From the IMG/VR virus record IMGVR_UViG_2609459801_000016: 10,666 nt of DNA. One strand, written 5' to 3'. Numbering within the stretch: the stretch's first letter is position 1; the number at the start of each line of letters is the position of its first letter. The position numbers were made by a program, and so were the translations under genes. The notes beneath the pieces were generated by a model, which saw only the letters and a list, made by a program, of their open reading frames with translations, had not been told where the DNA came from and made no database searches. This document shows positions 6,525 through 10,666 of the stretch, in pieces. Source of the DNA: a virus. Taxonomy: Duplodnaviria; Heunggongvirae; Uroviricota; Caudoviricetes.

Positions 6525-6797
6525 TTACCCCTGTTGATTAAATTCATTACCGTTAATAACCCCGGAAGCCATGCCTCTGTCTTTCATGAATGCACTGGCT
6601 TTCATTGCCACAAACTCTGCGAAGTTTCTGCTTTCTGCCAGCATAACCACCCCAAAAATCATGGCGGGTCCATTATCTTTCTTCTTTATTCCGGTTGAAC
6701 GTATATCCAGACTTACCCCTCTGTGCGTGCTGCCATCAGAGTTTTTGCAGATAACATCTTCCTTGTATTCGAAAATAATGCGTACGACTTTACTCAT
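6525..6797 (-). CDS. Hypothetical small protein, 90 aa; paralog of the adjacent downstream gene
   Basis: ATG at 6797 overlapping the upstream stop as ATGA, with GAGGA upstream. Shares N-terminal and scattered internal similarity with the 6227-6520 product. Confidence 0.6.
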   Translation of the reverse strand: MSKVVRIIFEYKEDVICKNSDGSTHRGVSLDIRSTGIKKKDNGPAMIFGVVMLAESRNFAEFVAMKASAFMKDRGMASGVINGNEFNQQG

Positions 6798-7075
6798 CCT
6801 CTGGTCCTCGTTCTGTTTGGATAACTGACCCGGCGTCTAACCTCACGGCAGAACCGAATCATGGCATTAAAGGCTTCTTCCTCCGTCACCGCTTCCGGTA
6901 TCCCCGGAACCAGTAACTGCTCCTGTTCATCACGTCCATGACGCGCCATAACCTCAATCACATACCGTACCGTGGCAGGCTTTCCGGCAACTATCGGCAA
7001 TGCACCTTCCGGCAGGACGTAACCAAACTCAATAAGACCACTCGACCACGCCCATGCAATGAGATTTTTTTTCAC
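6794..7075 (-). CDS. Hypothetical protein, 93 aa (GTG start)
   Basis: GTG at 7075 preceded by GGGAGG with about 6-nt spacing, directly after the upstream TGA. No family recognised. Confidence 0.5.
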   Translation of the reverse strand: MKKNLIAWAWSSGLIEFGYVLPEGALPIVAGKPATVRYVIEVMARHGRDEQEQLLVPGIPEAVTEEEAFNAMIRFCREVRRRVSYPNRTRTRG

Positions 7076-7076
7076 C

Positions 7077-7331
7077 TCACACCTCCCAGTAAACCGTGCA
7101 GCCGCTGATGCGGGTGGCCTTCACACGGCGGCGCAGGCCGTTGGTCTGTATGGTGATTTCAATTTCACCGGTTCCCTGCACGTTGCCTACCGGCGGCGTG
7201 GTTTTCAGTGCAAAACGTTGCGGATAGCGCTTACTGCGTTCCAGTACCGCACCGGCAAGTTCGGTCAGACGGCGCGCGCTGTTCAGGGAGTCGAATAAAT
7301 TCATTTTGTTACCGCAGGATTGCATATTCAT
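7077..7331 (-). CDS. Hypothetical protein, about 84 aa
   Basis: The track ORF starts at ATG 7343. I prefer the ATG at 7331 (or 7325) because AGGTG lies 4-10 nt upstream, whereas the first ATG has no SD. No family recognised. Confidence 0.5.
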   Translation of the reverse strand: MNMQSCGNKMNLFDSLNSARRLTELAGAVLERSKRYPQRFALKTTPPVGNVQGTGEIEITIQTNGLRRRVKATRISGCTVYWEV

Positions 7332-7343
7332 ATAACACCTCAT

Positions 7344-7565
7344 TTAGCTGACTTGTTTCGCACCAACAGAACGGCATATTCCGCTGTAAACTTCTGTCGC
7401 ACCTTCGCGATCAAGTCCGGCAGATATCACCATTCGTGTGCGGTCATTAAATTCAAAAAGTAAATCGCCACATTCTTTATTTTCGGCCAGTGAAATCACC
7501 TTCACGTTATCGAAATTAACCAGGTAAAAGCGTCCGTAAATATCAGGAATATTAAATACCGCCAT
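7344..7565 (-). CDS. Hypothetical early protein, 73 aa, in the position occupied by kil in phage Mu
   Basis: ATG at 7565 with AGGTG (inside the end of the B gene) 5 nt upstream; the track's GTG at 7571 overlaps the B stop. Positional analogy to Mu kil only; I cannot confirm sequence homology. Confidence 0.5.
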   Translation of the reverse strand: MAVFNIPDIYGRFYLVNFDNVKVISLAENKECGDLLFEFNDRTRMVISAGLDREGATEVYSGICRSVGAKQVS

Positions 7566-7567
7566 AA

Positions 7568-8500
7568 TCACACCTGTGAGAGTAATTCAGGGTTGGTATA
7601 AACCTCTTTAAAGGCCGCATTAATATGTTTTTCTGTCAGCGCCGCGCCTTCACCGCTGGCGGTGAGCCACGCCTGGTTAAGCGTATGTGTCAGAACGCGT
7701 AACGCTCCCGGCTTTTCAGCGATAGCCTGCATGACGGCCAGCTCGGCCTCACCACTGATCCCCCACGCCATGGCAATGGCCAGCACATCCGCCTTTTTGG
7801 CCTTGCGAAGTTGTTTTGTACGGGCAAGACGGCTGAACAGGCGCGATAAATCATCAAAGGCGCGGCGTCCACCTTTAAACAATCCGCGCGGGTTACCAAT
7901 AAGCACCATCCCGATCCCCGTGGCGTCCTGAATTGCCCGGAGTTGCTCCAGACCGTCAATACCAAGATGATCCGCCTCATCCACAATCACCAGTCCACGC
8001 GTTCCCATCAGGCGACGGCGGATGGCGCGGGATAATGCCCCTTTGTTCGCGCGGGTGTAATCAATCCCCAGCGCATCGGCCAGCTCCAGCAGACACTCCG
8101 TGACGCTGGAGTGCGCGGGTGACAGGGTGATCATCCAGGTGTTTGGTTGCTCCTGGCAGTAATTACGGGCAGTGGCCGTTTTACCCACACCCGGTACGCC
8201 CACAATAACGTTAATACAGCCCATCAGGCGAACCGCCTGAAACAGTGCGCGCAGCTCCTGGACTGTCTGAGTTTCCACAAACTGCGGCGGTTCCGGCAGT
8301 GCGCTTTGTTTATTCCAGTTCTCATACCAGGAGCGCAGGGAAGCAGCCACAGCGGCGTTATCGCCTTTATATTTCCCCTTGCGGAAAGCCGATAATGTGC
8401 CGTCGGAAATTCCCGCCTCTCTGGCGATGGCATACTGCGTCAGCACGCCGCCATCAATAAGTTCATCAATGGTCTTGATTACATCGTTTATATCGGTCAT
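7568..8500 (-). CDS. B: MuB-like transposition ATPase / target DNA activator, 310 aa
   Basis: ATG at 8500 with GAGGT upstream. Walker A GVPGVGKT, Walker B-like LVIVDEADHL, and end-to-end similarity to Mu B as I recall it (ETQTV..., KPGALRVL...). Lies directly downstream of the transposase. Confidence 0.9.
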   Translation of the reverse strand: MTDINDVIKTIDELIDGGVLTQYAIAREAGISDGTLSAFRKGKYKGDNAAVAASLRSWYENWNKQSALPEPPQFVETQTVQELRALFQAVRLMGCINVIVGVPGVGKTATARNYCQEQPNTWMITLSPAHSSVTECLLELADALGIDYTRANKGALSRAIRRRLMGTRGLVIVDEADHLGIDGLEQLRAIQDATGIGMVLIGNPRGLFKGGRRAFDDLSRLFSRLARTKQLRKAKKADVLAIAMAWGISGEAELAVMQAIAEKPGALRVLTHTLNQAWLTASGEGAALTEKHINAAFKEVYTNPELLSQV

Positions 8501-8539
8501 ATTATTACCTCGCGTTTGTGTAGTTCCTTTGTTTAATCA

Positions 8540-8580
8540 AATAACCTGAGTCGCCGCTCGGGTTATTTTTTTATTTCAGG
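8540..8580. other. Stem-loop with T/A-rich flanks in the A-B intergenic region
   Basis: AATAACCTGAG (8540-8550) / CTCGGGTTATT (8557-8567): 11-bp stem with one G-U pair and a 6-nt loop. Followed on the plus strand by TTTTTTATTT, and on the minus-strand mRNA by UUGAUUAAAC before the B ribosome-binding site. Confidence 0.4.
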
Positions 8581-10666
8581 CCAGAGGGTCATTTTCTTTT
8601 AATTTCGCTTCAAGCAGCTGCAATCCCCGCTGGAAATTACGCTCGTATTCTTCATCAGGTTCATCGTCAGCGACCGGTTGCTGAACGATCACCGTATTAC
8701 CCACAGGGCGGTATATATTTTCCAGCCACGGCTCCTGTGGCTTGTGCTCCAGCACGTTGACAATCTCATCCTCGGCATCACGGATTTTTTCCTCTGCGCG
8801 TTTACGCATGCCTTTAAGGCGCTGCTGCTGTTTGTGGTATTCCGCGCTGACCGGGAAGGCTTCGCGTTTATTGCCGTCCCATACCGCCTCGCAAATCACG
8901 CTGCCATCCAGGCGACGTACGGTAATTCGTTCGGCATCATGAATGTCATAGCTGATAAGCACCTTACGACCATGCTCGTCACGCAGCTCGGGCGCGTAGT
9001 AAATATTATTCAGCCAGCGTATTTCACAGCGTCTTACAGGGCGTTCCACCATCGGCCGGAACATATCCCGCAGCTCAACATCGGACAGCCATTCAATTTC
9101 CGTGTCCTCTTCCGCCAGGCGTTTTTTTCTGAACTCCGCCGGGCTGTAATGCTTGCCGTTCGGCTTCACCGGTAATTCATCGTGCGGCCGGTTGTTGTAC
9201 CACTCAACACCATCACGAATGGCATCAATCAGTTCAGCCCAGGACGGTGAATCACGCATCGCTGACTGCTGCCGGGCGTTCAGCCGTTTGCCCTGTTGCA
9301 GGGCAGTAAATGCCGAGCGTAAATCGCGGTTGGTTTTGCGTAACGTCTCGCGATCTGCACCTTTCCCGAAATAGGTGCGGTATTTACGGGCTATGCGCAT
9401 CGGTAATGTGCGGTTAAGCCGTTCGATAATGCCTCGTCCCTGCGGATTACCGGCAATCCCGGTCGGGTGATTAATCCCCAGTCGCGGCAGTATCCCCACA
9501 ACCTCCTTATCCAGGATGTCGGCGGTTTCCCCGGAGCCGTTATCCGAGTAATACAGAAACGGTTTGCCGTGATGGCGAATGCCGTGCTGTATGGCACCGG
9601 CTACGGCGAAAACATTTTCAGCCAGGTCAAGGCTCCAGCCCACCACAAAGCGCGTGCCACCGTCGATAACAAAGGTCACTTCCGGTGCAAATGGCCGACC
9701 GTGAACCGGGTGTGCGCATTTCAGCTTCATGCCGTGACCGTCACCAATCCAGACATAATTCACCGGCATTCTGGACCAGTCGCGGCGCGTGAATCCCTCA
9801 AGCTGGCGGTATTCACTGCCGGTCACCCGGCCTTTTTGTTTCACCACTTCCGGCAGTTTCTTCATTGCGCGGCGAATGGTGTCATAAGACGGCATGATAT
9901 CGAGCATATAAGGCTCATCAGCGTGCCGGTGCTGCCATTCAGCGACAAAATCCTCGTAAGCCTCGGTCATTGGTCGGCCGTTTGACTGGCGATACTGCGC
10001 CAGAAATTCGGGCAGCCAGTTAATATCTTCGGCTTTTATTTCCTGGCGCTTACCCGGTGCCAGTAAAAGCAGGCGTTCAGCGGCGTTCTGCGCCTTGTTA
10101 AAGGCCGCAATCCAGCGTTTCAGCGTGATTTCACTTAACGCGCGGCTGTTTCCCTTTTTGGCGTTCGCCGTCTCAACCATTGCCACAATGCGCTCGTCCA
10201 GCTGCGAACGTGCCAGGTTGTCAACGATAAACCGGATAGCCTTCGCACAGCTGAAACCAGGTTGTTGCGCGACTTTCAGAACTTCGCTGACGATCGCGAT
10301 TCGTGCATCAGCCACCTGGCGCTGGTTTTCAGTCAGGGCATTAAGGCGTTCGACCATCAGTTGTGGTGATCCGCGATATGCCTCCACCGCATCAACCACG
10401 GCAGGCGAGCGTCTGGCCTTTGTCACCACTGGAGCCGGTGATTCATCGACTTTTTGAGTCATCAGTTGCAGGGCGTAGCGTTCACGTAATGCCTGCTGCG
10501 TCACTTCAGGTAAACAGTCGATGCTGTATTCAGTTGCTTTAGAGCCTGAGCGACGACGGGAACAACAGCTTTTCCCTTGTACGTAACGTTGTAATGCCTG
10601 GCGAATACCTTTTGTTGTAGCAGGCATTCCGGGCGCACCAATCAGTTCTTTTGCAATGACATACAT
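8576..10666 (-). CDS. A: MuA-like DDE transposase, 696 aa
   Basis: ATG at the window edge (10666..10664); the true start could be a codon or two upstream but the N-terminus (YVIAKELIGAPGMP) aligns with the Mu A N-terminus as I recall it. Central catalytic region (...WIGDGHGMKL..., ...YYSDNGSGE...) and C-terminal RPVGNT...DDEPDEEYER tail also resemble Mu A. Confidence 0.9.
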   Translation of the reverse strand: MYVIAKELIGAPGMPATTKGIRQALQRYVQGKSCCSRRRSGSKATEYSIDCLPEVTQQALRERYALQLMTQKVDESPAPVVTKARRSPAVVDAVEAYRGSPQLMVERLNALTENQRQVADARIAIVSEVLKVAQQPGFSCAKAIRFIVDNLARSQLDERIVAMVETANAKKGNSRALSEITLKRWIAAFNKAQNAAERLLLLAPGKRQEIKAEDINWLPEFLAQYRQSNGRPMTEAYEDFVAEWQHRHADEPYMLDIMPSYDTIRRAMKKLPEVVKQKGRVTGSEYRQLEGFTRRDWSRMPVNYVWIGDGHGMKLKCAHPVHGRPFAPEVTFVIDGGTRFVVGWSLDLAENVFAVAGAIQHGIRHHGKPFLYYSDNGSGETADILDKEVVGILPRLGINHPTGIAGNPQGRGIIERLNRTLPMRIARKYRTYFGKGADRETLRKTNRDLRSAFTALQQGKRLNARQQSAMRDSPSWAELIDAIRDGVEWYNNRPHDELPVKPNGKHYSPAEFRKKRLAEEDTEIEWLSDVELRDMFRPMVERPVRRCEIRWLNNIYYAPELRDEHGRKVLISYDIHDAERITVRRLDGSVICEAVWDGNKREAFPVSAEYHKQQQRLKGMRKRAEEKIRDAEDEIVNVLEHKPQEPWLENIYRPVGNTVIVQQPVADDEPDEEYERNFQRGLQLLEAKLKENDPLA

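Noticed and set aside
7662-8460. Plus- and minus-strand ORFs overlapping the B gene (7662-7931, 7690-7986, 8147-8395, 8224-8433, 8245-8460)
   Set aside because: All overlap the MuB-like coding sequence in other frames or on the opposite strand; Arg/Pro-rich low-complexity translations typical of shadow ORFs.
8678-10457. Plus-strand ORFs of 120-172 aa inside the transposase A gene (8678-9175, 9467-9985, 10095-10457) and others
   Set aside because: They lie antisense within a long, well-supported minus-strand gene with a clear homology signature; treated as shadow ORFs.
1-10666. CRISPR arrays, tRNA or rRNA genes, and attachment-site repeats
   Set aside because: No regularly spaced direct repeats, tRNA-like cloverleaf sequences or rRNA-like stretches were seen; phage ends and att sites would lie outside this window.

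Overview
The window reads as the early (transposition and semi-essential) region of a Mu-like transposable prophage, encoded right-to-left on the minus strand, with an IS186-type insertion sequence at its left edge. All protein identifications are from reading the translations against remembered family signatures; no database search was run. Order on the minus strand: MuA-like DDE transposase (8576-10666), MuB-like ATPase (7568-8500), five small early genes including a tandem paralog pair (6227-7565), Gam (5685-6215), a 145-bp AT-rich leader, then a tightly packed six-gene cassette of uncharacterised proteins (2939-5539). A single AT-rich gene sits on the opposite (plus) strand (2568-2915), convergent with that cassette, followed by GemA-like (1991-2503), an intrinsic terminator, and a Mor-like activator (1498-1920). 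Immediately downstream, the first 48 codons of a SAR-type lysozyme endolysin (1280-1426) are cut off by the IS element, whose transposase fills 1-1113 on the plus strand. The best candidates for something undescribed are the six-gene cassette between gam and gemA and the convergent plus-strand gene; I cannot assign either a function from sequence alone. No tRNA, rRNA or CRISPR array was seen.
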